NCBI GenBank assembly: GCA_964016885.1
Contig: OZ024741.1
Location: 75,268,001-75,332,000, forward strand
Length of the DNA: 64,000 nucleotides
Origin: Eledone cirrhosa
Taxonomy: Eukaryota
Reading direction: 5' to 3'
Part shown: positions 1 to 13,489 of the stretch, piece after piece
Layout of the letters: each line of letters starts with the position of its first letter
Numbering within the stretch: position 1 is the first letter of the stretch
Program-made: the position numbers and the translations under genes
The notes under the pieces: generated by a model
The model's input: the letters and a program-made list of their open reading frames with translations, nothing else
What the model was told of the DNA's origin: nothing
The model's database searches: none

Positions 1-139
1 ATTCTACAGCAATTTAGGCTGTCAGACTTTAAAAATGTCTGCACTGTTTCCCAAACAACTGTCATAACAAAAACTAAAGTAGCTAAATGAGAGCACATTT
101 AATATTGTTCAAATATATGTAATTGCCTTGTTAGACGTA

Positions 140-300
140 GATATGGCTGAATAGTTTAGAAGTTCACTTCACAATCATAAGATTCAAGGTTCAATCCCAC
201 TTTATGGCATCTCGAGCAAATGTTATTTACCATAGCCTCAGGTTGATTTATGTCTTGTAGGTAACATTGGGTAGATGGAAACTACATGGACATGTATCGG
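140..300 (+). mobile_element. Old tRNA-derived SINE, degenerate (similar copy at ~823-980)
   Basis: Box A-like TGGCTGAATAG and box B-like GGTTCAATCCC followed by a body resembling other repeats in the window. Confidence 0.5.
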
Positions 301-499
301 AGGGATTGTAATTCAAAGGTTCAGCCTTGTCACATTGTGTCATGCTGATTCAGCTTAGAAAATATAAGGGTTCATTGGTCTATGGAATACATATCAACTT
401 ACATGTTAAGTCATGAATTGCTCATTGGGTTGAAAGAACAACAGAATGTTCATTGTTGAAACTGAAGGAGAATTAATTCATCATTGTCTGATTAAAATA

Positions 500-722
500 A
501 TTGTTTCTACTTTAGGCATAAGGCCAACAATTTGAAGGGGGGGGGGGGGGGGGTTAGATTAAATTGAACCCAGTGATTTACTGGTGCTTTATTTATCGAT
601 CCTGTGAGGATGAAAGGCAAAGTTAACCTTGGTGGGATTTTAATTCAGAACATAGAAGATCATAATTCTATGCCGCGAAGCATGGTGTCCAATGCTCTAC
701 TGATACTGCCAATCCACCACCC
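500..722 (-). mobile_element. SINE family B (core GGATGAAAGGCAAAGTTAACCT), most abundant interspersed repeat
   Basis: Core recurs at ~1885-1996, 3085-3195, 3690-3832, 4955-5167, 6083-6225, 7427-7810, 8168-8300, 12660-12872, 36378-36480, 41676-41975, 49750-49920. Box B-like GAGTTCAAAT on the sense strand. Confidence 0.75.
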
Positions 723-1539
723 TTGTCTGATTAAAATAATAAAGTTTGATTGTTTTTAAAATTGATTACATTTCTTCTCATCAGAGTATGGTTTTAATTT
801 ATTAAAAATCATGTATTTTTAGGTGCAAATATGGTTGTGTGTTTTAGAAGTTTACTTTAAAATCACATGGTTCTGGGTTAAGTCACACTGCATGGTATCA
901 TAGACAAGTATTTTCTACTATAGTCACAGACTGACCAATGCTTTATGAATGAAATATGGTAGACAAAAACTTTGTGGAAGACAATTATATATGTGTGTGT
1001 GTTTAAGTTTACTGTTTGTTTATGTCCCATGTTTTACTGGTTCAACAAAAAAGTCATTCGTAAAATATGTACCAGACATGAAAAGAAAGTACTGGGATCA
1101 AGATGATCAACTAAATCCTTTCCAGGTGATGCTTTAGCTGCAGTTTACTGACAGAAACTAGTAAAAGATAAAAGAATTTACAGATTTAATGTTTACATTT
1201 TTGAAGTTGGTGCTCCAGTATAGCTTGGTTATGATGACTAAAACAAACTAAAAAACTAATATATTCCCATATGTGTACCTGTATTTAGTCCTAATAGCGA
1301 AAACATCGATGTAAATTAAAGTTATCCCCATGGTGAATTGGCTAGGCAAAGATTATATTCCATTTCACAATAAGTAGGCTTTTTATCCTTTAACTCTTAA
1401 GATCTTGTTAGAGTTTAGCAGAAAATATTTAAAAACAGATTTGAATATTCAAATATTTATAATATCTTTATTTTGAACAAATTGTTGTGTAAATTTGCAG
1501 TATTCTAAAGTAAATAGTTTTATTTTTAATGTGATACAG

Positions 1540-1603
1540 GCATAGTGCTGATTTATACTTTTCAAGAAAATTTTACTAATGGTGTTTCAAGTGGTACAGA
1601 ATG
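1540..1603 (+). CDS. Possible host internal exon (GIVLIYTFQENFTNGVSSGTE.), product unknown
   Basis: T-rich acceptor ...TACAG, donor GTAAGA, open frame, phase-compatible with an acceptor at 3452. No family recognised. Confidence 0.25.
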
Positions 1604-1672
1604 GTAAGAGTTAAAGATGTTATTGTAGGCCCAGGCATCATTTTTAGGTAAAGAAGTTTGCTTCACAATATT

Positions 1673-2302
1673 TTTTTCTATGATATTAGAGTATGATTTA
1701 AGCAAGATTTGGCTGCTGTTTCTAACAGATCAAGCAAACATATAGAGGTTTCTTTGTTGACTTTGTTGCAAATATTTCAGAACAATCTCATGTCTGACAA
1801 TAACCCCTTTAGCTGTGGTTTCTTCTCAAGGAGTCTCACAGTGCAATTGAATATGAAATCATAATATTGGTTTCTTATATAAGCACACAAGGCCAACAAT
1901 TTTCGATTAAATCGACCCCAGAGCATGACTGGTACTTTATTTTATTGACCCCGTAAGGATGAAAGGCAAAGTTAACCTCGGGGGGATTTGAACTCAGAGG
2001 TTAACTTTGCCTTTCATCCTTACGGGGTCAATAAAATAAAGTACCAGTCATGCTCTGGGGTTGATTTAATCGAAAATTGTTGGCCTTGTGTGCTTATATA
2101 AGAAACCAATATTATGATTTCATATTCAATTGCACTGTGAGCCTCCTTGAGAAGAAACCACAGCTAAAGCGGTTATTGTCAGACATGAGACTGTTCTGAA
2201 ATATTGCAACAAAGTCAACAAAGAAACCTCTATATGTTTGTTTGATCTGTTAGAAACAGCAGCCAAATCTTGCTTAAATCATACTCTAATATCATAGAAA
2301 AA
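1673..2302. repeat. Near-perfect inverted repeat, ~307 bp arms (1673-1979 / 1997-2302), 17 nt loop
   Basis: Direct reverse-complement match of the arms with only a few mismatches. Confidence 0.95.
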
Positions 2303-4089
2303 TATACTGGATAATGTGAGGTTCTGGATTCTATACACATAAAGAAAAAATAGGATGGTCATAGTTGGATTTCATTTTACCATAGGTACATGTCAGACTG
2401 ATCAGAGCTGACTTGGAGCATAAAACAACAAGAACAATAATAACAACTTAGTGGAAACTGCTAAAGACTCAGAAGGGCCATGTAATTAATTGGTCTAACA
2501 ACAATTATCCATTTCTATTACACAGCCAGGCCCTATATATATTAGAACATAAAGCCTTGCTTCAGTTTTAAAACTGGTTATGAATGGTTTCAAATGTAGG
2601 TACAAGGCTAGCAATTTGTGGAAGAAGAGAAAGTTGATTAACCTTTTGACACCAAATTGTCTCTAGTTCTAGAATTCTAAGTTGTGTATTTTGAAGTGTT
2701 TATTTTTTATCTAAAAAAATTTTCCTCAACATTTTATGTAAGAATCTTTGTTAAGTTATGTTTGAAACATCAGCTTAATAGTGAGAAAGTTAGTTATATT
2801 ACTAAATCCCTCTAAATTGTTTATTTTCAAGATTATTTCAAAATCATGATTTGCTTATTTCATTAGAAATAATGTAATGAAAGGTTTTAATCAACTAATA
2901 TGGCAGGTAAATATCCAACATGTAATGAGGTAGTGCTACTGCTACAAAAAATGCACCCAGTCTAACTTTTAATGAAGTAGTGATGGTACCAGGAAAAGAG
3001 CACCCAGTCCACCCTGTAAGGTCACCACACTGGTGCCATGACAAAAGCACCTAGTCCACCCTGTAAGATGAAAGTGCTGATGGTATGAAAGGCAAAGTTA
3101 ACCTCGGGGGGATTTGAATTTAGAATGGTAAGGGCCGTAACTCTATGTGTCAAAGCATGGCGTCTGACCCTCTACTGATACTGCGAATCCACCATAATTT
3201 TGTATTGCTTGTGCCACAGAAAATTCTGCCAGTAAACACTGTGAAGTGGTTGGCAATAGAAAGGGCATCCAGCCATAGAAAACCAAGTCAAAAGCAGAAT
3301 GTTTGAGGAAGATGTGATCATGTGATTTGTCTAGCATCATAACATGACAGCCTGTTTAATTAATGCAAGTACGGAAAATAGACGTTAAAAGAAAAAATCA
3401 TATTTTGAATTTATTACTGATATTATTTTTATATAAAATATCATTTTTACAGGGTAAAGGAAAGATTCAAAGGCTTGACTTGGTATATTACTGGTACCTG
3501 CTATATACCTTTCCTTATAACAATTTTTTTCCTAACCTAGACACTGCTATTAGAGCCATCACTCGCAATCCAGTATGACATGCTAGTATATACCATTTTT
3601 TCACTAAGAGTTTTTTGTGCTAATGCAGTTGTAAACATAGACACAGACAACCTCTTGACCCTCCCTCTTTTTGATTCAACAAACATCGATGATATAACAA
3701 CTGGAAAGAGGAAGGAATGCACCTGACTCACTGAAGGATAAAAGGCAAGTTTTGAACTCAGAATGTAAAGAGTTGGAACAGATGTCATAAAGTATTTTTC
3801 CAATGTTTCCGACTCTGTCAATCACTCCGCCCTATAAATGTAAGTAGTTTATCATGTTGTGTCTCTTTTGGAATTCAGTGTCACTGTATCTAGAACATGC
3901 CATATTTCAATCATTGATTTTCTTTTCTTCCCACTCCCACACCTCACTATTTTAAACATGTCTTCTACAGCCCACCCATATTATCATTATCTTCTATGAG
4001 CTTTTAGGAAGCCTGTCTCTTGACAGTTAAAAATATTATCACTTTCTCTCTCTTTGTCATCATCTATACCTCTCTCTTTCATTGTTTAT

Positions 4090-4127
<38 letters not shown>

Positions 4128-7100
4128 CTCTGTCTGCTGTCTCCTTTCTAGTGTCTATTTCTCTTTCTCTATCTCTATTGCTGAGCCCCCTTTCTCATTC
4201 TATCTCTGCTTCTCTTTCTCATTTTCTCTATATTTTTCTATATTTCTCTCTCTTTGCTCCCTTTCTCATTTTCTCTTCAAAATTCTATCATAGTCTCTGC
4301 CCCACCCTACACTCTCTCAATTGTACTGCACTATACTACTGCACTATATTGTAATATTTCACTAATGACTTCATGGTGCATTTTTCTATAGAATGACATA
4401 CTTTTCTGGCAATGAAATACATTGCTTTTGTTATCAGTTTTACTAGCTTTTTATTTATTTAAAAATACAAAACACCAATACACCAAAGACATCTATCTGC
4501 AGTTCTCTGTATCTAGACAACAACAATAAATTCCTTTTTTGACAGTTTTTATTATTTCATTATTATTTTTTTAATTTAAAGTTAAATAAGGAAAAAATAA
4601 AAGAAAATTACTGCTTTGTTTTTATGCCAAATTATTTGTTCTAGTCTGATATTTTTTTCATTTTGTTTGGAAATTTAAACATAAACAGTCAATAAGTAAA
4701 AACAAAAAAAGAAAATTGTTGAATTTTGTCTCATTTAAGAGTTTTTATGGTGAATTACTTGTTCTAGTTTTAAGAGACAAAAGAAATCATTCTATGACAC
4801 TCATATAACAGAATTCGAATAATTAGAGTAAAACCTTTGTAAATTTTGCTAATGAGCATTCCATTTAAACTGAAAGGGTTGTAACTAAATGCAAAAATGT
4901 ATTTGCTGTTCATTTCTTCAATTCAGTCAATCTACTTGCAAGCAAACAAATAATAATTTCTAATTTTGGCATAAGGCCAGTAATTTTGGGGGAAGGGGAA
5001 AGTTGATTAAATCAATCCCAGTACTTGACTAGTATTTTATTTCTCAACCCTGTAATGATGAAAGGCAAAGTTGACCATGGCTGGATTTGAACTCAGAACT
5101 TAAAGAGCTGGAACAGTTACTGCTATGCCTTTGTTTGGTGTTCTAACAGCTCTGCCAATCCACCACTCTTATTGAATGAACCTCAGTACTTGACTGGTAT
5201 TTTATTTTAGCAAAGTTTAGCTCAATGGGATTTGAGCTCAGAATGTAAAGAGCCAAAAAACTACCACAAAACTTTTGTCTGCACTGCAGCAATTTTCTTA
5301 ATTATCCATCCTAATAACCAAACAAATAATAATAATAAGTACATAAGTTTTTGCAGAAGTTAATTTTCTGCTTCTGCCAATATTTTTTGCTGTTATCCAG
5401 ACATGATTTCCTTTGATACATCCCATAATGCATGCAGGGATGCCTTGTTGATTCCACACATTCCATTTTCTTGGCTCATAGCCAGTTTGGGTGAATTCTG
5501 ATGACAGCTTTATATTCCAGTTATCCAATGAAAATGAAATACTAACAGGCCAGAAATCTAAGCAGTGAAAAAGTCTTTTGATTGGTTGAGTAGTGAACAT
5601 ACATAGAGGAAGGGGTGGAGAAAGAAGACATTTGTATGTATAGATCATCATAAAATACAACAACAATAAATAAATCCCAATCACTGAAATGGAATGAACC
5701 TACAACTGTTTTGATTGACATATGTTCCAGATGTTAGATTAAAAGAACAGCCAATTTGTAAGATTAACATGCAAATTGGTTGATTATTCCACTGACAATT
5801 CTACCTTTAATGCAAGTCCCTGGGAGATTCAGCATGACATAATATATGATAAAACTAAGTCTTTGAATTATAAGTACATTTGACTGTTTTGCAAACAGTT
5901 TCTATCAATCCAATATCACTCAAGGTTTGGGTTAACCTGAGACTATGGCAAATGATATTTGCCCTAGATGACATGCAGTAGGAACAAACTTGGGATCTTA
6001 TGATTGGGAAACAAACTTTGTCATCCACAATTAGTATATCAAAATACTAAGAAACTGTGTTATTCTATGCCAAATGTTAAAAGGCAGTGAAGTGGCAAAG
6101 TTTTTAGTGTGACGGAGTAAAGTGCTGTGCCTCATCTGTTTTGGCTCTCTGTGTTCTGAGTTCAAATCTTGTTGTGGTCAACTTTGCTTTTCATCCTTTT
6201 AAAGTTGACAAATAAAGTATCCAAGGTGGTGGATTGACAGAGTCAGATTTAAATTCTATGCAGCATTAATTCTGGTTTTCTGATCTCTGTGTTCAAATCC
6301 TACTGAACTGATGTGAATTTTACTTTTTATCATTTCAGGGTCAATAAATAAATTATCAGTCCAGGGATGGTGAATTGGCAGAATTATTAGTGTTAAACGT
6401 GATGCCTTGTAGTAGTTTTTTCTGTTATCTGAGTTTACCTGCAACCTCACTGATGCCATGGTATTAATTCTTACCTTAACCTTTCTCTTGGACAACATTC
6501 ATTACATGGAAAGGGGGGATTTGCATGCAACTACTGGCTTGTATCTTGGATAGGATGCTTTGGTTTTTAGCAAATAATAGTTTGTTTAGGGAACCCTGGG
6601 TCTAATTTGGCATCTTTGATGATTAAATAATACTTTATTGCTACTTTATTATATCATTGACCTTGAAGTATGAAGTTCAAAGTCTACATTCATACGATTT
6701 GAACTCACAATGTAAAGAGCTGGAATAAATACCACTGCACTTGCCAAATATGCAGCAAATTGCCGCATATAACTAGACATTTTAACTATATATTCTACAG
6801 CACACTCTTTAACCACTTGGCATTAGGAAGGGCATCTCACCATAGAAACCATGCCAAACATAAGAGGAAGATGTGATTCTCTAATCAGCCTAGACATACA
6901 TTGTGATGGTCCACTCAATCAATACCAGCATGGAAAGCAGATGTAAAATAATGAGAATGATGATGATGTGCCAATACAAATATCTTTATCTTGAAAAATA
7001 TTATATAAGGAGAAAAAAAAGACAAAAATCTATAGAACAACTCTAATTGGTTAGAGTGAGAAAATTGGAATAATTGATGACGTCAATGTATCTGAAGGAA

Positions 7101-9311
7101 TTCAATTATTAGTAAATGATTTTGGAAGTGACTCAAAAGAATTATGAAGTAAGGATGAATAGATCGAAAGTTCCTGTCTTCACAAAGTGAAACAAGACCA
7201 ATATCACTATTGATATTATTACATATAAAATAGTTAATAGACACATCATCATAAGCTAGGTGCCAATTGGTAGCCAAGTGGTTTCCGATCTATTCTTATT
7301 AAGGCAACGTAATTACAGCACCTTTTCTGTTTTTTTAATGTCATTTAATTAGCTCTTATTATGAGTTGATCAATCAAATTATCCCTTATTAAATGGCAAT
7401 GCTATTATGTGTATAGCTTATATGGATGGCAGATTTACAGAATTATTAGAATATTGGGCAAAAACATTTTGTGGTTTCTAGTTACGATATTTTTGGTCCT
7501 GAGATCAAATATTGCTGGGGTCAACTTTGTCATTCATCCATCCAGGGATTGATAAAAAAAATTACCAGTCAAGTATTGAGATCGATTTGAAAAACTTTCC
7601 TTCCCCTCAAATTGCAGGTTTGCTAGAATGTTGGGCAAATGCTTAGCAGTATTTGTTACAGCTCTTTACTTACCGAATTCAAATCCTGTCAAGGCTAACT
7701 TTGCCTTTCATCTTTCTAATGTCAATAAAATAGAGTACCAAAATCAAGTACTGGGGGACATAGAATCCACTTTCTCTTTCACTCCAATTGCAGGTCTTGT
7801 GTCAAATTGGATACCGTTATTATGCTTAACGCTCAAAAAATCTGCACACTCAAGGAGAGTCACATTGCATTGATGGTCTAATAAACAAATGTGTTTAACT
7901 TTGAACATACCCTATATTCATGGCTGTACATTAACATCTGAGGGTTTTACAAATTAATTTTCTTTGTAGCAGGAGCATTAGATGATTGACAAATAACTCA
8001 TTAGTATGTATAGACCTGTAACTCCTAGTAGGGTCATAGGGGTACCATAGTCTTGGGCATTTGAAATCTGGTAGAGCTCATCTTCTCTTCAGGTCATAAC
8101 ATTGCCTCTTCCTGATTTCTCCCAGAGAAGGATAGAGAGAGTAATAGAATGAAATTCAGGAAGAGATACACTGGCACTCTTTTTTATTGACCTTGAAAGG
8201 ATGAAAGTCAAAGTTGATCTTGGCGAAAATTGAACTCAGAGCACAGAGAAGCAGAATGATTACTACAAAGCATTCTATCTAACGAATCTGCCAGTTTGCT
8301 ACCTACAAGTCATTAGTTTTTCATGTTAACTTCAACTACAAGTTTGGGAAACATTTGGAGAGAGAGATAAAGCACTTAAAGTTAACTTTACTTGGTTGCA
8401 ATCATATTGGATATTGTAGTCCTATATACAAAATATCTGTTAGAAAACAAAAGCAATCTAGACCATGAAGGTCCCAGCTACAATACTTTTGATAATAGAT
8501 CTTGTTGATCAGGGTTAATATCAAATCCAACCTTCAAACAGTATATCTGTAATTTCTGAGAGAGCTACCCATGTCTTTGTAACACCCAACCACTTACATA
8601 TTAACTCTTTTGATACCAACACAGACAAAACCACCTTTAACTTTATGAAAAGAAACCACCCATTTTAAAGGGTTCCTATTTAAATTAAAACCTTCCAGCA
8701 AAATTATTAAATTATGTTGCAAAAATTATCTTAATAATGAATTAATAGTTTTAGTAAACTTCTCCAAATTCTGTATTAATTGATTGAAATACAATGTATT
8801 TAATTAGAACTGTTTTAATGAAAGAGTTCATTCATGACTTGGATATTTAGCTGATTGAACAACAGAATGCTGATTGTTGAATGAGGATCCATCATCCTCA
8901 TCACATACAAACACGTGAAGAACACCTCCAATTGATGAATTAGTTAATGGAAAGATAATGTTTCTTCTTTGTTTAGAATATATATTTCCAGAGACATATG
9001 ATGTCACATAATTGTCTGAACTTTATTAATTTGGTAACACCCCAAATATGAAAAAACTTATCGAAACATCTATGGCAGGGGTGGAAAACCTTTTCAATCT
9101 GAAGAGGTATTTTTAGCTAAAAAATAATTGAGAATATGGAAGATGCATAGTTTATTACAAGCAAAAATACACACAAGGAAACATGAATTTAGCTTTTTTT
9201 TGTACTCAATGTAATTTTTTTTTGCTTTGAACGTTATCTGAAATTGCTTCAATGCCCAAATCTAACACCTATATATATATATATATGTGTGTGTGTATGT
9301 GTGTGTGTATG

Positions 9312-9374
<63 letters not shown>

Positions 9375-9377
<3 letters not shown>

Positions 9378-10117
9378 TAAAAATTAGTGAGAATCGAATT
9401 TCAGCCCATGAATTAACGAGAATCACTTTCGAGTTGTGAGGCAAGCACTCTATAATTCATATGAATTAGAGCTTACAACTTACGTTAAAGGCCAAACACA
9501 CTGAGATGGTGGTTAAACTAATCATCCTCACAGCGAAGATTCGATCTCCTATTTCGGGTCAAACAGATATACAGATATAAAAATATATAAAAATATAAAT
9601 GGTTGAAAGCTTACCCGGACCCCTGGAATGATGGTAAAGTCCAGTGTTTGGGTTTCTGCGGCTCCATAAGTCATTTACTGTCCACTTACATAAAGGATGT
9701 TAAGTTTCTTGTATCCTGACTGAACTGGGAGTTCACGTTGTCAACGGGATTCAGTTCGAAAGTCTACATAGATGTGTCTGTAACTGACCCCACATGGGGT
9801 TCAGCAAGGGAGGCAACACCTATATTAGGCGAATGAATTCAGTTGTGTATAATATTGCGAAAATGCAAAATATCACAAATCGAATAAAGCTCTCGACAGA
9901 GTGGTTAAATATAACAAAGCTATTCGGCAGTCAATAGAATAGACCAAAACCAATCAGTAAAATTAACTGGCCAATAGCTAGACTCTGGATTAAGGCCAAA
10001 CACACTGAGATGGTGGTTAAACTAATCATCCACACAGCGAAGATTCGATCTCCTATTTCGGATCAAACAGATATACAGATATAAAAATATATAAAAATAT
10101 AAATGGTTGAAAGCTTA
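9375..10117 (+). mobile_element. Non-coding element in (TA)n with 126 bp terminal direct repeat (9488-9613 / 9992-10117, period 504); retrozyme-like
   Basis: Direct repeat visible, TA tracts on both sides, HHR-like motif at 9710-9776. Confidence 0.6.
9710..9776 (+). ncRNA. Variant hammerhead-like motif
   Basis: TGTATC-CTGACTGA-ACTG...CAGTTC-GAAA-GTCTAC-ATA-GATGTG. Stem I pairs with wobbles, the core has an extra nt, stem III is imperfect. Confidence 0.4.
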
Positions 10118-10379
10118 TATATATATATGTATGCATACTAGTTGTCTTCTCAATACAAAGCTTGACCACTTCAGTGTACATGATGCTCAGTTTTGGCATG
10201 AGATCTTATGTAGCTCTTTAGACCAGACATACTTTTAATAAACCATCCATATAAATTGCCCATTAGTTTTGGGGCAGCTTGACCTGCCTGTGTATCTTTA
10301 AACCTCCTTAAGATTTGCAGATTTTGTGGCATATTTAGCATAGATAAAGGTGAGGTGGTTTATAAGTTCTGCTGTTAGT

Positions 10380-11556
10380 AGGAAATGCCCTTATGAGAGA
10401 TTGATGTCCAGCTACTGACTGGCAGATTCTGTCACAAACTGTACAAGTAGAAAAAGTTCCATTAATTTCATATTACCTTATTGATTGTTTTTGTTTCTTA
10501 TATTCCTTTTTATATTTACTTGCATTATCCTGTTTTGAATGCCAAGTAGAGTGATCCACTGCAAGATTTTCTAGGTTTCTGGAGTCAATTCTTACATTTT
10601 TCAAGTCAAACTTGAAACTTTTCTTTGGTTTACTCTGTTTCCTTTTTTTCCTGAGTAAGTTCCCCATAAAACAGTTGTTTAGAGATATGTTCATCAGCCA
10701 TGTGGACAGACCACTGCAGTTGGTTTTTTTAAATTATTGCCTTGATGGAACAAATACCAGGTGCAGCTCGAACATTAGAGTCAGGAGTGAATGAATTCCA
10801 TTTCATTTTCAGTATATGACGTAAGCATTTTTGATGGAATCATTCCAGGAGTGCAAAGTGATATTTGTAACATGTCCAAATTTCAGAAGAGTACAAAGGA
10901 TTTATAAACAGATATTTTCGTTTCATTCTTGATATGTTTTTGTGACCTAACCCAAGACTCTAAACTACCAAATGATTTCACTGCCTTTTGAATCCTTAGA
11001 AATATTTCTGAATCCAATGTTCCATCTTTATTCACTGCACTCCCAAGGTATATGAAGAAATCAACAACCTTAAGAAGATTACATTTCACATATATGTTAG
11101 ACTGTTGCATGACTTGACCAGGTGCAGGTTAACACACAACTACTGTTTTCTTTAAATCTATAGTCAAACCAAAGATATCACATGCCTAATCAAAGGCAGA
11201 AATCAACAAGCACAATCCATGCTCAATATGACTGAAAAAATGACAGCCATCAGCATACAATAGGTCTCTTATTTGTGAGGTGAAAAATTTGCTCTTAAAT
11301 GTCATTCATACTAAATTAAAGACATTATCTGTGGTTCAATATTTTACATATACTCCTACATTGTTGTTTTGGAAAGCATAATACAGCATAGAGCAAAATA
11401 TATTGCAGAGTAGGAGCATTAAAGTCTCTCTGTTTCACACAATTTTTCACTGTAAAAGGTCCAGAGAGTGTGCCTCTAAAGTTAGCTTTGGCTTTCATGT
11501 CTTTATGAAGTGCTTTCAATATATTTACAAACTTTTGAGGGCATCCAAATTTCAGC
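10380..11556 (-). mobile_element. Degenerate RTE-clade LINE (RT C-terminal half to C-terminal zinc finger)
   Basis: LLKFGCPQKFVNILKALHKDMKA, VKNCVKQ..APTL, FIYLGSAV..LDSEI..RIQKA..FGSL in broken ORFs. Confidence 0.85.
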
Positions 11557-12335
11557 AAAACCAACCATAAACCAGGAACTACCAGAAAATCCCTGATCAG
11601 TAAAATTTACCCTTTTAAGAAAGCCTGCTGTACAAATAAGATTTGTGTAATATGTAGAGTAAGTCCACAAATAAATTGTAAAGATAGAAATGTAGTCTAT
11701 AGCATGAGGTGCACAGAGGATGCCTGTAGAAACATGACAATCACATACATAGGAGAGACAGCCCATAGCATAGGAGGGAGAATAGATGAACACTGGACAA
11801 AAAAACAATTCAGTACTATATGAACATACCAGACTAAGACATGATGGTAAAATAGACAACATAGAAATTAAAATAATATCTAAACAAAGAAATGACTCCA
11901 CAATTAGACAAATTAGGCAGGTTACAGAAATAGAATTAAGAAAACCTATGTTGAATAAAAAAAAAACGTAAATGGAATAACAACAACCATACATAGACAT
12001 ACACTAGTGATTTAAGATAAAATATAAATATACACAGATGCAATAACAATACCCACACACTAGTGACCAAAGGTAGAATATAACACACACTAGTGACCAA
12101 AGGTAGAATATAAACACATAAACACACACAGACTCAGGCACGAACACACAAGCACACACCAAACAGAATACACACACACAAACACATGTGTAAACAGAGA
12201 TAACAATAAATAAATAAGTAATATAAAAAAAAACATTATAGGAACACAATGGGAGGTAACGTGGAAACAGGATAATCACTGAGTATATCATAGATATGTG
12301 TGATGAAAGAACTTTGAGAAACTATATTTATATTT
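11557..12335 (+). mobile_element. 3' fragment of a Penelope-like element (GIY-YIG endonuclease, possibly Naiad-like) abutting the RTE
   Basis: Hand translation: PFKKACCTNKICVIC..NCKDRNVVYSMRC..C..TYIGETAHSIGGRIDEH, then after a frameshift SVLYEHTRLRHDG..RQI..PMLNKK. Confidence 0.8.
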
Positions 12336-13489
12336 TTAACTGTTGGTCAATCAATGATAAACATTAATTGCCAGCTAAATTATTTATAGAAATATAAAAA
12401 TATACTGAAGCAAAAACCAAACCAAACAGTGAGTGTGTTTTACTATACTTTTCTGACAATATTAGGACATGATCCTCCCAAATGTAACAATATAATATTA
12501 ATACATAATATATTAATGGCCATGATGTTTAATCTTTTTGTTACTGTCTGTATTTCTTATGAATTATCCTATCCTTCTGTTTCAATTAATTTTGAAAATA
12601 ATGAAAAATTTGTGTGGATTTAGTAACATCACATAACTTTTCACATAAAGCTGATGTTGGGTAGCAAATTGGTTGAGTTGTTTGAGTGTCAGACAAATAT
12701 TTAGGCAGTATATGTTCCAGGTTTCTATGTTCTGAGTTCAAATATTGAGGTTAACTTTGCCTTTCATCCTTCCAGGCTTGATAAAATAAAGTACCAGTCA
12801 AGTACTGGGGTCAATATAATCGACTTTCCCATTTCCTAAAAATTGCTGGCCTTTTGCTAAAATTAGAAACCATTAAAGCTGTTGTTAGTTTAGTAATATC
12901 ACTTAACATAACGCACTTACATAAAATGTTAATGTAAGATTTTAATTTAAATATAAACACTTTAAAATGGGCAGTTTTGTATTGTAAAAGCAAAGACAGT
13001 TTCAGGCATATTATTATCAAAACAGGTAAAATAAATATTGACATTGTACCTTTGTATGATGTTCAATTAACTCAGCCAATAACTTGATATCCTCAGGGGT
13101 TAATTCTCACATTCAATCCAATGCAAATGAGATATATTATGATGTTAGTCATTGTATAATATTCCATTGGTAATTATTAATTGCTCTAAAGAAACAGAAC
13201 CAGACAATGATTCTATTGGAACTGTCAATGTTAACATGAATATTGTGTGCGATTAATTGTGGTACAGCTCTTTTCAATTAAAGCTTTCTTCGTTGTTCAA
13301 GTGTTCTGTTTGTCCTAAAAGTAAGAATATTAATTTTCCTATGTATGGCATGATAAGGCAGCACCTCATTAGTCTATATATGTGTGTTGGTTATGACCTT
13401 GGCTGCACGTACATACTTGATTGGTTGAGTCAGTTGTGTGTTATTGTTGTTTATGTATAGATGTGTTTATAACCTATGTTCCATTTGGA

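Noticed and set aside
9262-9444. ORFs rich in YI, CV, HT or LS repeats here and throughout the track
   Set aside because: Translations of (TA)n, (TG)n and (TC)n microsatellites
12001-12113. CRISPR-like short repeats (also 63340-63400)
   Set aside because: Only 2-3 tandem units, no regular unique spacers, eukaryotic context, no cas genes
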